Shown here piece by piece: positions 25,352-38,480 of a stretch of DNA of 64,000 nt (positions within the stretch are counted from its first letter, which is position 1; each line of letters starts with the position of its first letter). The translations under genes and the position numbers were made by a program. The notes under the pieces are model-generated. The model made no database searches. It was not told the origin of the DNA and saw nothing but the letters and a program-made list of their open reading frames with translations. The stretch is from contig JASCQW010000146.1 in assembly GCA_030264375.1 (NCBI GenBank), forward strand, positions 26,798,570-26,862,569, read 5' to 3'. The stretch comes from Carcharhinus longimanus (lineage: Eukaryota).

Positions 25352-28300
25352 GGGTGGAAATTTCCCCCTAAAAAACTAAGCATCATAGCAATGAGAAAAC
25401 TAGAGCGATCCACACTGGTCTGTCCGGCACAGTCTGGACCGCAATCATCCCAAACTTAAGTGCACTGAAAGAGCCTCCAAGTGAAACACACCATTATGGA
25501 CTGCCCAAGTTTGTGGCTTGTCTGAATTGGCCGCAGCTGTGCGCTGTCAACAAGAGGAGCTGCATTTAAATGCTCCCGCTGCACACACAGTCTGTCACAT
25601 CAGGACGAAGGTACACGTAAACCAGCCTCACGTTTCAGAAGGAGAGCTAGGATGGTTTCTGATACCATGGAGGAGAAGCACGCCATTCTGTACCCAAGAG
25701 GGCAGACAATCAGGGGCAAGGACTCAAATGTGGCTGCCTGACTCAGGATTGGCACGCCCAATGCTGGAAGATGAACCACCTCATTTGGGCTGCAAGGATG
25801 AGTGGCCATCCGTCTCATTCTGGCATCAGTCCCATCTGTCACACTGGGAATGTCCACACCAGCCACTTCTTGATAGCCTACAGCTGTCTGGCACCTGACT
25901 CCCTAGCATCATCCTCAGACTTCTCTGGCACTCCGTCACAACTCCTGCCTCTCGAAGCACAGCACCAACATAGTGCGCAGGTGATGCTGACATTCTGTGG
26001 CACCCAGGCCAACAGTGCCAAAGTGGCATCTGCAGTGGAAAGTCTGGGGCAGGAAATGGTAACCATGGGTGGCAAGGTCCAAGGCATGGCCAAGTCTGTA
26101 AGACCATGGCTGAGATCCTTGGAAACATGCTCAAGACACAGTAGGCAATTGCAGAGGGGCTCCAGAGCTTGGAGGCTCAGAAGGCTATCAGAGTTCACAC
26201 ACCATCATGCAGACAACATTGGGCCTCCGGAACTGGCAGCATGAGGGGATGCAGAGGCTTCTGAACCTCACTCCAGCTGCCCCTCCATCCCACGAAGTGT
26301 TGCAGGGGCTCAGAGGCACTGAGGGAGAAGGAAGTGGTGGAGGCAGTCCCAAGACCTCACACCAGGGGACTCTGGCAGTCTCCAGCCTTTCTGAATCCCT
26401 GACACCAGAGCATCTCTCAGGCAACGGGCTGAACAGTGAGGTCCGTCTACATCCATGACACCAAAACGTCAGCCAGGACCCCGCAGTCCCGATCCTCCAG
26501 AGGATGCCTACCAAGAGTATCCAAGGCCCCAGGGCAGGGAACTCAGCAGATCACCTCCACCTCTGACGTGCGTCTGGCAGGGGGTGTCACCTAGTCATAG
26601 CATCAAGCCACGTAAGATTAAGAACTTGTGGGGTCACCACAAGGGCATAGATGAAGGCAGACACTGTAGTTAGGGACAGGATAACATACACCATAACTGA
26701 TAACAATTAAAAGGATATTGCATCATAAAGCCATGACTCCGCTCTCTGTGACCCATCACCCACAGGGAGTTTCTGTATCCATAGAGGCATAGAGCGTGGG
26801 AAAGGCTCCTGTGGATATCAAGTCTGCACTGACAATAACTGCCACTGGGGTTCTGCTAACCCCGTATTCCAGCAATCATGTCATATCTCTGAATGCCATG
26901 GTATTTCAAGTGCTCATCCAAATACTCTTAAGGGTTGGCCATCTTCCCAGGCAATGCATTCCAGATTTCTGCCATCTGCTGCATGCAAACTTTTTTCTCA
27001 AATCCCCTCAAACTCCTGCCTCACCCTAAAACTATACCCCTTGTGACTGAACCCTCAACCAAGGGAAATATCCACTTCCAATTGACACTGTCCATTCCCC
27101 TCACAAACTCATGCACGTCAATCATATTGCGTGGAGGACATGGAAAGTCTGCAGAGAGATTTGGATAGGCTGAGTGAGTGGGCGAGGACCTGGCAGATGG
27201 ACTATAACGTTAGCAAATATGAGATTATCCACTTTGGAAGAAATAATAATAGGATGGAATATTATTTAAAAGGTGAAAAGTTGCAGCACGCTACTGTGCA
27301 GAGGGACCTGGGGATCCTTGTGCATGAATCACAAAAACCCAGTCTGCAGGTGCAGCAGGTGATAAAGGCGGCGAATGGAATGTTGGCCTTTATCGCGAGG
27401 GGGATAGAATTTAAAGCAGGGGGGTCTTGCTGCAACTGTACAAGGCACTGGTGAGGCCATAACTGGAGTGGTGTGCGCAGTTTTGGGAGTACAGAGAAGG
27501 TTCACCAGGCTGATACCGGAGATGAGGGGGTTAGTTTATGAGGAGAGATTGAATAGATTGGATAGATTGGGCCTGTACTCGGAGTTTAGAAGGCTGAGGG
27601 GGGAATCTTAGAGACCTACAAGATAATGAAGGAGCTAGATAGGGTAGAGGTAGAGAGATTCTTTCCACTTAAAAGTAAACCAGAATGAGAGGGCACAGCC
27701 TCAAAATAAGGTGGGGAGGGTGCAGAGGGGGAACTTCTCTCAGAGGGTGGTGAATCTCTGGACTTCTCTGCCCATTGAAGTGNNNNNNNNNNNNNNNNNN
27801 NNNNNNNNNNNNNNNNNNNNNNNNNNNNNNNNNNNNNNNNNNNNNNNNNNNNNNNNNNNNNNNNNNNNNNNNNNNNNNNNNNNNNNNNNNNNNNNNNNNN
27901 NNNNNNNNNNNNNNNNNNNNNNNNNNNNNNNNNNNNNNNNNNNNNNNNNNNNNNNNNNNNNNNNNNNNNNNNNNNNNNNNNNNNNNNNNNNNNNNNNNNN
28001 NNNNNNNNNNNNNNNNNNNNNNNNNNNNNNNNNNNNNNNNNNNNNNNNNNNNNNNNNNNNNNNNNNNNNNNNNNNNNNNNNNNNNNNNNNNNNNNNNNNN
28101 NNNNNNNNNNNNNNNNNNNNNNNNNNNNNNNNNNNNNNNNNNNNNNNNNNNNNNNNNNNNNNNNNNNNNNNNNNNNNNNNNNNNNNNNNNNNNNNNNNNN
28201 NNNNNNNNNNNNNNNNNNNNNNNNNNNNNNNNNNNNNNNNNNNNNNNNNNNNNNNNNNNNNNNNNNNNNNNNNNNNNNNNNNNNNNNNNNNNNNNNNNNN

Positions 28301-30242
28301 NNNNNNNNNNNNNNNNNNNNNNNNNNNNNNNNNNNNNNNNNNNNNNNNNNNNNNNNNNNNNNNNNNNNNNNNNNNNNNNNNNNNNNNNNNNNNNNNNNNN
28401 NNNNNNNNNNNNNNNNNNNNNNNNNNNNNNNNNNNNNNNNNNNNNNNNNNNNNNNNNNNNNNNNNNNNNNNNNNNNNNNNNNNNNNNNNNNNNNNNNNNN
28501 NNNNNNNNNNNNNNNNNNNNNTTGGTATCACTTGCAAACTTACTTACCATTCCCCCCACATTAACAACCATGCCAGGTATGCACATAAACAATAAAAGGG
28601 ACCCAGCATTGAACCCTGTGGTACACCACTGGACACCAGCCTCCAGTCACTCAAAAGCCTTTTACCGCCACCCTTTGTGTCCTGTTGCTAAGCCACTTGC
28701 AGACCGATCTCACCAGGTTTCCTGACTTCCATGTGATGCAACCATCACAAATCAGTCTCCCATGTGGAACCTTATCAAAGGCTGTGCTGCAAGTCATATG
28801 AAGTACATCAACTGCACTTCCCTTATCCACATGCTTGATCACGTTTTCAAAACATGCTATCACATTCATTAGGCATGACCACATCCTGACAGAACCATGC
28901 TGACTATCCCAAAGCAACACATGCATTTCCAAGTATAGCTTGATGCTCTCCATCAGAATGTTCTGCAATAGTTGCCCAACCACTGATGTGCAACTCCCCG
29001 GTCCATAATCCCCTGGTTCATCACTTACCAGCACCCCAAGCAGTTCCAAAAGTGAGGGCCATGGAGACTCACATAGACCAACAGCCTGGAATGGCAGCCT
29101 TATCACCCACCTAACTCCAGGTCCAGTCCCCACAGCGGCACAACAATTACTGCCAGCTCTGCTGGCTTAATCCCAACGTTCATGGTTCAACCCTGTACCA
29201 TCCCCAGTGCCATGTGCCATCTCTACTGGCTGTCAACTGTTGCCACATCGCCTTAGCAATCAAAGGCATTGCCCAAGCTTCCTCATGGTCACCAATGGCC
29301 TCCCACAGTTGTACCCTGTGCGGTGCAAACCTGCCCTTCCGGATGGCCAATCCCCCCCAGATATGGACTCCTGACACCACAGGCCACTGACAAATGTGGG
29401 GCATACTGGGCGCTCCCGTAAAGCACAAGGATGGTTGTGTGAAATCCTCATTGAGGAAACCTTACAGTATAAACCTATACGCACCCACTTGGGTGTAAGA
29501 TGCTAGCTAGCTTCCAGACACAGCGTGCAGTAGACACAGACAATAGGAAAGAACCCTCCCGACCTTCATGTGACAGATGCCCGTGGTAGGGCAAACTTCA
29601 GAGTTCATGCAGTGTGAAGAGTCATGTTAGGACCTGCTAAATTCCCTTGATTGGGTAACAGCTGCCAGACCTGGTGCTTATAATTGTTAGTGCTGCCAGG
29701 CATGGAATGTCAGGAGTAGGGCCTAGCCAGCAGACAGACGGTAGGGTAACAAGTACAACATCAGTGGGTTTGAGTTCCACCTCATATGAAACCCTTCAGA
29801 GATCTTTCAGCAGACACAGTGTGACCTCCTACCTGAGAACCCTCGCTGAGCCCAAGCCCCTACACCATGGCAGCAGCTCTTGCAACTTGGAGGTTAGTGC
29901 TTAATGCCACTCACCTCCTCACTCACCCTTGCATCTGTTGTGCCTGAACCTACTACAAAAGGACCAATATTGATTTGTGCCCACATGACATCTCGTTAGA
30001 GGGGTGGGAGCATTCTAGGGGTGACAATCACAGAGCTCACTAATCAGACTGAAATCCAGTCAATCTTATGCTAATCAGCCTTGTGTCCCTTCTGGTCGCA
30101 TTCTGGTTTGCACCATTAGAAGGGGACCTGGATGATCGCAAACTGTTCGACACTGGCCGCAAAACTTATTTTTAGGCCCACAAGCTAATTTCTGGGATCA
30201 GTACGATCTGTGCCAGACACAGCAAGGTCAGAAAATCCACCC
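25352..30242. mobile_element. PIF/Harbinger-like DNA transposon remnant with nested CR1 fragments (26790-29020) and a gap
   Basis: Imperfect TIRs gggtggaaatttcc ... gaaaatccaccc. GC-richer interior with coiled-coil-like peptide SAKVASAVESLGQEMVTMGGKVQGMAKSV. Absent from the homologous empty site at ~60805. Confidence 0.65.
27130..27782 (+). mobile_element. CR1 LINE RT C-terminal fragment
   Basis: LQRDLDRLSEWARTWQMDYNVSKYEIIHFG..QRDLGILVH..ANGMLAFIARG. Confidence 0.92.
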
Positions 30243-30247
30243 CCACC

Positions 30248-30492
30248 CCGTATCATTTATCACTGACAGGATCCTCAAGTGCACTGAAGTTCCCAGATGA
30301 CAAATACTGAGAAGGCATAATTCTGAATGCATGTCATGATAGAATTCATATTTCATATGCCCCAGCACAGATACATGTGGCATCCTGGGTCCAGTTAGGC
30401 AGTTAGATGGATTTTCACTTGGTGACTCATCATTCACAAGTGAGCAAGAGCAGGGACAGCAGTCCTCTCCAAGCTCTGCTCAGATGTTCAAT
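30248..30492. repeat. Composite repeat copy A, right part
   Basis: Near-identical blocks with 60806-61058 (gttagatggattttcacttggtgactcatcattc..aagtgagcaagagcag..tcctctccaagctctgctcagatg). Confidence 0.85.
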
Positions 30493-30509
30493 AGTTTGAA
30501 CATTAACTT

Positions 30510-31290
30510 TTTTCCAAATTAATGGAACCTTCCCAAATCTAGTAAATTTTGGAAGATTAAAATCAATGCATCAACTATCTCACTAGCCATTTATTTTAGA
30601 ACCATAGGATGAAGTCCATCAGGATCCAGGGATTTGGCAAATTGTTGGAACTGTGAGTTGACAAGTACTATTTCCCTGGTGATTGCAACTCAGTTCTTCC
30701 CTTCCAATTCTTGATTTTCAGCTATTTCTGGGAAGCTACTTGTGACCTCTGTAGTGAAGAACGACACCTGTTCAATTCATCTGCTACCTCCTCATTTTCC
30801 ATTAGTAATTCCCATACTCACTTTCTATTGGACCAACGTTCATTTTGTGAATTTTTTTTAAACATCTGCAGAAACCCTTACTGCCTGCCTTTATGTTTCG
30901 AGCTATCATTCTTGTACTCGAACATTTCCCTCTTTGTTAATCGTTTAGTCACTCTTTGCTGTGCTTTATAATCTGTCCAATCTTCTGACCTGTCAGCCAC
31001 ATTTCTACAATTATTTGCTTTTTCAAATGCGACCATTTGACTTTTTTGGTTAGTTTAACCACGGAGGTCCTTGAAATTTCCTCTCGTTGGAACGTATCTG
31101 TGTATTCTGAAATATCCCTCTAAACGTCAACCACCGTACTGCTACTGGTTTAACCCATAATCTAAATTGTCAGTTCGCGATCATTAGTTCTGCTTTCATG
31201 CCCTCCTAATTGCTCTTTAATTTGAAATATTAGTCTTAGACCCACTCTTCTCTCTCTCAAACTGAATTTAACATTCAATCATCTTGGAGA
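30510..31290 (-). mobile_element. Degenerate CR1 ORF2 fragment
   Basis: Typical reverse-strand CR1 motifs (ccatcaggatccagggattt, ttcaattcatctgc, tctgtccaatcttctgacct). Confidence 0.6.
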
Positions 31291-33916
31291 ATGATCACCC
31301 TTGATTGACCTGATAGACTCATGATTTTCTAATGGAATAAAAGATCAATGGTCTCCAAACCAACTACTTAAGTGTACAGCCATCGGAAAATTAGCCAATA
31401 TTACTTATTACTATGGTATTTTAATATTTGTAAGAAAATGAAAGAAAGAATATTTGCTGATGGATACGTAGACAAAATGTATAATAGTAAATAAATTTAT
31501 AAATATTTAAAAATGAAATCTGAATCTTTCCTTTTATTGTGCATAAAATTAGACCTCAAAATGTAACAGTAGTAAAACTGAACATCGCCATAAACAAAGA
31601 AAAGGACCTTTATCTAGCTGATTCATGTAGCAATTGATGTAGCATAGGTAACGCATTGCACAAGTTTGATGAAATTGTGGGAAAGATGACCAATTTCCAA
31701 GTCCAAAGATGTGCAGATTAGATGGATTGGCAATGCTAAATTTCCCCTTAGTGTCCAAAGATGTGTTGGTTAGGTGAATTAGCCATGGAAAAAGGTGGAA
31801 GGGACAGCCTGGGTGGAATGCTCTTTCACAGAGTCAGTGCCCACTTATGGGCCACATGGTCTTTTTCTGCACAAAGGATTCTATGGTTCTATTCTTAGAC
31901 ATTGGAAATTGATAGGCTTGAATTTATACACATCAAACAAACTCACCTTTTCCTTTTGTTCTGAATATCAAGTGAATGAAATTTCAGCTGGAGCAGGAGT
32001 GAGTGGGGGAGGTGGGGTGGAAATCAGTGTTCACCTGCTAAAGGATTCAAAACGGTAATTCTGCTTTCTCTCCTTTACAGATGCTGCCAGGCCTGCTGAG
32101 TTTTCCCAGCATCTTCTGTTTTGTAAGTGACAGTAACCTGGACAAAGGCCAACAAGTTACGTTCCACTGTCAGGGAACCATGCAACAAGAATACAGGAAA
32201 GAAAAGAGATCAGAGATATGCAAATAAAAACAAGGTGACAAATATTCTCTCTTTTAAAAAGGTTCATTATCAGTCCAATGGTGCGCATGATTGGCGATGG
32301 TCAATTTCCCCTTAGTGTCAAAATGTGTAGATTAGATAGATTAGCCAGAGCAAACATGTGGGGTTATGGGAATAGGGAGGGGGAAAAAGGGCATGGATAA
32401 TACTCTGTCAGAGAGTTGGTGCAGACTCAATGGATTGAATGGCCTCCTTCTGCACTGTGAATGCAATCATTCCATTTCATGAGGTGAATTACTGTTTCTT
32501 GTAATACACCATGATTATTTTCTTGCTGTAATTACTACACAAAGTCAGGAAGAGAAGAAAAACAAGTGAGATGGGGGAGTGCAGAGGGAGGGAGGGGGAA
32601 AGAGAGGAAATGAGAAAGAACAGAAGATAAAATCAAAAGATAGAAAGATAGAAAGATGAAAATAACAATTTCAACTTTGTGAGGACACCAGGGGGACTCC
32701 TTTATTCTTCCACCAACAATGCTATGAGTCTTTTTAATGCCCATCTAAACAGATGGGCTAGAAGATGGAATTAGACTAGATAGGTCTTTTTTAGGCAGGA
32801 CGGACACAATGGGCCAAATGGCCATCTTTTGTTCTGTAAACCTTAGACAAGATATTAAACCATATATAGTAAAGATGGCCTCCCTGACAACACAGCAATT
32901 GTTCAATCTAAATTATATGATTACATCCTGCAGTGAGCCTTGAACCCACAACCTTCTGTCTGAAAAAGGTAGAAGTGCTACATCTGAGTCAAGCTGGCAT
33001 TTAAATCTTACCTGATGGCTTTATCTATGAGAAAACAATTATAATATATTTGACTTTGTAAACATCCCTGCTGTTCAAAGTTCCTAATTCTGTATCTGTT
33101 GCACGGCACTTACAATGTTAGCTTATCTCCTGTGAAATTACTCACTGTTTTTAGTCAGAAGATAAGCCATTTCATAAAGAATAACTCTATGCAATGTAAC
33201 ATTCAATGTTCTTTAATTAGCGTTTGTATCTTAATCCTTTCCTAATAATTGTCGAAGAATACCCAAAGAAAAGTATTCTGCTACTAAAACGGAACTTTGC
33301 TCATTAATGGCATCTGCATTTGGGCCACAAAGCTTGCCTGGAACCAATTTTCTGACCTTTCAACCTGCTTCCTGTACTGAGATGCTATAAACAAATAGAC
33401 ATTTGTGGTGATCAGTTTCACATCAGCTGATATTCCGAAAAACCTGCCTGTAAAAAAGCTACGATGGGTACGAAGCGGTTCACACCATCCGAAGGAGCTG
33501 GAAAGATCGCAAACTATTTTGTACAGGGTATGAATCAGATTTTTAGCTTTACACTGCATTTTCCTGGGCTGCTGCATTGATCATGGGTACTGTCAGGTGG
33601 CAGAATCATGCCAGTTGTCCTTGGCATAACAATGAACTCACTGGACATAAAATCTTCATTAATACATAAAATAAGTTTGACTCCCCCCCGTTTTCATTGA
33701 CGATCGCAATAACTTTTAGGCATAGGAAAATTGTTAGGATCCAACAAACCAGCTTACCTTTCACATATTAACCCCATGTTGTTGTATCCATATTCTTCAA
33801 AAATGTCTAACACCATAATGATATCCAAATTTTCTTCACTCTTTTATAATGTTCTGCTCAGACAATCATTGCTGGTTATGGTTCCAGACAGCCAATATTC
33901 ACATGGAAATTAAGTG

Positions 33917-35580
33917 TCATAGAGTCATAGTGGTTTACAGCATGGAAACAGGCCCTTAAGCCCAACTTGTCCATGCAGCCCTTTTTAAAACCCCCTAAAC
34001 TAATCCCAATTGCCAGCATTTGGCCTATATCCCTCTATACCCATCTTATCCATCTATCTAAATGTTTTTTAAAAGAGAAAATTGTGCCCGTTTCTACTAT
34101 CACCTCTGGCAACTTGTCCCAGACACTCACCATCCTCTACGAAAAAATTGCCCTTCTGTATCTCTCCTCTCTCACCTTAAACCTATGCCCTCTAGTTTTA
34201 GACTCCCCCACCTTTGGGAAAAGATACTGACTATCTAGCTCAGCGTCTCCAAATTCTGATCTGGAAACAGCCTGTGGGCCGTAGTTTGGAGACCCCTGAT
34301 CTAGCCCCCTCATTATTTTATAGACCTCTATAAGATCACCCCTCAGCCTCCTACATTCCAGGGGAAAAAAGTCCCCGTCTATCCAGCCTCTCCTTATAAC
34401 TCAAGGCATCAAGTCCCGGTAGCATCCTAGTAAATCTTTTCTGCACTCTTTCTAGTTTAATAATATCCTTTCTGTAATAGGGTNNNNNNNNNNNNNNNNN
34501 NNNNNNNNNNNNNNNNNNNNNNNNNNNNNNNNNNNNNNNNNNNNNNNNNNNNNNNNNNNNNNNNNNNNNNNNNNNNNNNNNNNTCCTCTTAACCGGCACA
34601 TGTCTTTCCTGCAACCTTTTCAGTTTTCCCTTGAAAGCCTCCCACTTGCCGACCGTGGACTTACCCTAAACAACCTCTCCCAATCAGTATCCATCAGCTC
34701 TTGCCTAATCCGGCTGTAACTTGCCTTCCCCCAGTTTAGCACCCTCCCCCTCATCCTGTCCTGATGCCTTGTCAACTTGCAGTACCTACAGTCTATTCAA
34801 CACTTAGCAATTTTGAACCACTCTAGGGACAGAATTCTTTGTCTGTCACTATGGTCTGGATAGCATCTACCTCCTTGGTACGGATGCAGCATATTCATTT
34901 AATACCAAAACCATGTCCCTTGCCTCCATGTTTAAATTCCCTTTTAGATCCCTAATTGGGCCTACTCCTCCATTTGCTACGTTTTTACTATTTATATGTC
35001 TGTGGAACATTTTGGGATTTCCCTTAATGTTGTCTTCCAGTTTTTTCTCATATTCCCTCTTCGTTTCTCCAATGTGCTTTTTCACCTTCTCTCTGAATGC
35101 TCCGTATTCCTCTTGGTTCACAATGGTATTTTTGATCCGACACCTGTCAGAAGCATACTTTTTCTTCTTTATCTCAATTTTTATTTCCTTTTTCATTTGT
35201 ATTTGTTTGCCTGACCTTTCTCTTTTGAGGGCATATACCTTGACTTAATACCAGCACATCCAGTACCTCATTAACCACCTATTTAGGACTCCAGGAATAA
35301 GTCTATCAAGAGCCAAAGACTTATCAGCACACAGCTTCATCTCTTTGCTCTCTGACCTCCCAGTCATTTTAATTTCAGTAAGTTCCCCTCTTCCTTCCAC
35401 TTTTCCTCCCTTTACAGCTATATTTATATATAGGAATATTCTTTGTATCCTCTATAGTGAAGACAGAGCAAAATATTTGTTTATTTTAGCAGTCTTTTCC
35501 TTATTATCTACTATTAGCTCTCCAAGGTCACTTGCTAGAGAACTGACACTCACTTTACTTGCCCTTTTCCTCTTTAAGTC
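33917..35580 (-). mobile_element. CR1 LINE fragments (young tail 33917-34483, gap, ORF2 pieces)
   Basis: PYYRKDIIKLERVQKRFTRMLPGL..; KREYEKKLEDNIKGNPKMFHRHINSK..VGPIRD. Confidence 0.88.
34241..34298. mobile_element. 58-bp hAT/Charlie-like relic with 8-bp TSD
   Basis: Inverted ends cagcgtctccaaa...tttggagacccctg, flanked by atctagct/atctagcc. Absent from the sibling CR1 copy at ~38130-38160. Confidence 0.7.
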
Positions 35581-35619
35581 ATAGAATCAAACAGTGCAGA
35601 ACAGGCTTTTCGGCCCATC

Positions 35620-38480
35620 GAGCAAAAACAAGAGGGCAGATTACTACCTGAATGGCTGTAAATTGGGAGAGGAGAGTGTGCAGTGGGACCTGGGTGTCCT
35701 TGTGCACCAGTTACTGAAGGTAAGCATGAAGGTACAGCAGGCGGTAAAGAAGGCAAATGGTATGTTGGCCTTCATTGTGAGAGGTTGAGTACAGGAGCAG
35801 GGATGTGTTGTTGCAGGGCCTTGGTGAGGCCACGCCCAGAGTATCGTGTGCAGTTTTGGCCTCCTTCTCTGAGGAAGAATGTTCTTGCTCTCGAGGGAGT
35901 GCAATGAAGGTTTACAGATTGATTCCAGGGCTGGCGGGACTTATGTGTGAGGAGAGATTAACTAGGTTAGGACTGTTTTCACTGGAATTCAGACGAATGA
36001 GGTAGGATCTCAAATAGACTTATAAAATTCTAACAGGACTGAATAGGCTAGATCCAGGGAGGATTTTACCAATGGTGGGGAATCCAGAACCAGGGGTCAC
36101 AGTCTGAGGATTCAGGGTAGACCATTTAGGACGGACATGAGGAGACATTTCTTCACCCAAAAAGTGTCAAGCCTGTGGAATTCATTACCACAGGAAGCAG
36201 CTGTATTCAAGAGGTGGCTGGATATAGCACTCGGGGTGAATGGGATCAAAGATTATGGGGAGAAAGCAGGATTAGGCTATTGAGTTGGACAATCAGCCAC
36301 GGTCATGATAAATGGTGAATGGCCTCCTCCTGCTCCTTCTGTCAATGTTTCTCTGAGTCACATTGACACATTGGAAACACCTGACCTCCCACCTAATCCC
36401 ATTTACCAGCACTTGGCCCATAACCCGGAAGATGAGGACAGTGCAGTTGATGTTGTCTACATGGACTTTAGCAAGACCTTTGACAAGGTACCGCATGGGA
36501 GGTTGTTGCACAAGGTTAAATCTCACGGGTTCCAGTATGAGGTGGCCAAATGGATACAAAATTGCCTTGATGTCAAAAGACAGAGAATGATTGTAGAGGG
36601 TTGTTTTGCAAACTAGAGGCCTGTGACTAGCGATGTGCCTCAGAGATCGGCACTGGGTCCACTGTCGTCATTTATATTAATGATTTGGATGAGAATTTAG
36701 AAGGCATAGTCAGTAAATTTGCAGATGATAGCAAGATTGGTGACATAAGTGAAGAAGGTTATCTAGGATTGCAAAGGGATCTTGATCAATTGAGTCAGTG
36801 GGCCAATACATGGCAGGTGGAGTTTAATGTAGAAAGATGCGAGGTTATTCATTTTAGTAGATCGAACCAAGGTAGGACTTACTCAGTTAATGGTAGAGTG
36901 TTGGGGAGAGTTACAGAACGAAGAGATCTAGGGGTACAGGTTCTTGAAAGTGGAGTCACAGGTGGACAGAGTGGTGAAGAAGGCATTCAGCATGCTTGGT
37001 CTCATTGGTCAGAACACTGAATACAGGAGTTGGGACGTCTTGTTGAGGTTGTACAAAACATAGTATTCCAAGTGTGGCCTTACCAGTGTACAGTCTGGTC
37101 ACTCTATTAGAGAAAGGGTATTATTAAACTAGAAAAAGTGCAGAAAACATTTACCAGGATGCCACTGGGACTTGATTTGAGTTCTAAGGGGAGGCTGGAT
37201 AGACTGGAACTTTTTTCCCTGGAGCTAGGAGTTTTAGTGGTAATCTTATGGTGGTCTATAAAAAAAATGAGGGTAATAGATACTATAGATAGTCAACATT
37301 TTTTTTACAAAGTTAGGGGAGTTTAAAACTAGAGGGAATAAGTTTGTGGTGAGAGGGGAGACATGCAAAAGGATTCAGAGGGGCAATTTTTTCCACACAG
37401 CGGCTGGTGAGTGTCTGGAACAAGCTGCCAGAAGTAGTAAGAAAGGCGGGTACAACTTTTTCTTTTTAAAAGCGTTTAGTCAGTTATATGGGTAAGATGG
37501 CTATAGAGGGATATGGGCCAAACGCAGGCAACTGGGACTAGCTTGGTGGTTAAAAAAAGGGTAGCATGGACAAGTTGGGCCAAAGGGCCTGTTTCCATGC
37601 AGTTAACCTCTATGACTCTGTGACCCTGTCCATGCCCCTCAACCTTGTACACCTCAATCAAATCACCCCTCAGTCTTCTCTGCTCCAATGAAAACAACCC
37701 AAGCCTATCCAACTTCTCTTTATAACCTAAAATGTTGCATCCCAGGCAGCATCCTGGTGAATCTTTTCTGCCCTCTCCAGTGCAATCACATCCTTCCTAT
37801 AATTTAGATTCATAGAGGGTTACAGCATGGAAACAGGCCCTTCAGCCCAACTTGTCCATGCCGCCCTTTTCTTTTTAAAACCCCTAAGCTAATCCCAATT
37901 GCCCACATTTAGCCCATATCACTCTATACCCATCATACCCATGTAACTATCTAAGTGCTTTTTAAAAGATAAAATTGTACCCGCCTCTACTACTACCTCT
38001 GGCAAATTGTTCCAGATACCCACCACCCTCTGTGTGAAAAAATTGTCCCTCTGGACAATTTTGTATCTCTCCCCTCTCACTTTAAACCTGTGCCCTCTAG
38101 TTTTAGACTCCCCTACCTTTGGGAAAAGATACTGACTAGCTACCTTTTCTATACCCCTCATTATTTTATAGACCCCTATAAGGTCACCCCTCAGCCTCCT
38201 ACGCTCCAGAGGAAAAAGGTTCCAGTCTATTCAGCATCTCCTCATAAGTCAATCCATCAAGTCCTGGTAGCATCCTAGTAAATCTTTTCTGCACTCTTTC
38301 TAGTTTAATAATATCCTTTCTGTAATAGGGTGACCAGAATTGCACACATTATTCCATTGTGGCCTTACCAATGATTTGTGCAACTTCAACAAGACATTCC
38401 AACTCCTGTATTCAACGTTCTGACCAATGAAACCAAGCATGCTGAATGCCTTCTTCAACACTCTATCCATCTGTGACTCC
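35620..38480. mobile_element. Stack of CR1 LINE fragments: + 35620-36340, + 36430-37620, - 37620-37800, - 37810-38480
   Basis: RT motifs VDVVYMDFSKTFDKVPHGRLL, SKFADDSKI, LQRDLDQLSQWA, plus 3' tails. Confidence 0.92.

Noticed and set aside
25518-26673. Host protein-coding gene in the GC-rich ORF cluster
   Set aside because: It lies inside the TIR-bounded transposon remnant, with fragmented frames and no recognisable host protein.
27669-28725. Long 265-316 aa ORFs
   Set aside because: Artefacts of translating through the N-gap. The same applies to the ORFs at 5.7, 17.5, 34.5, 45, 46.3, 51.1 and 58.9 kb.
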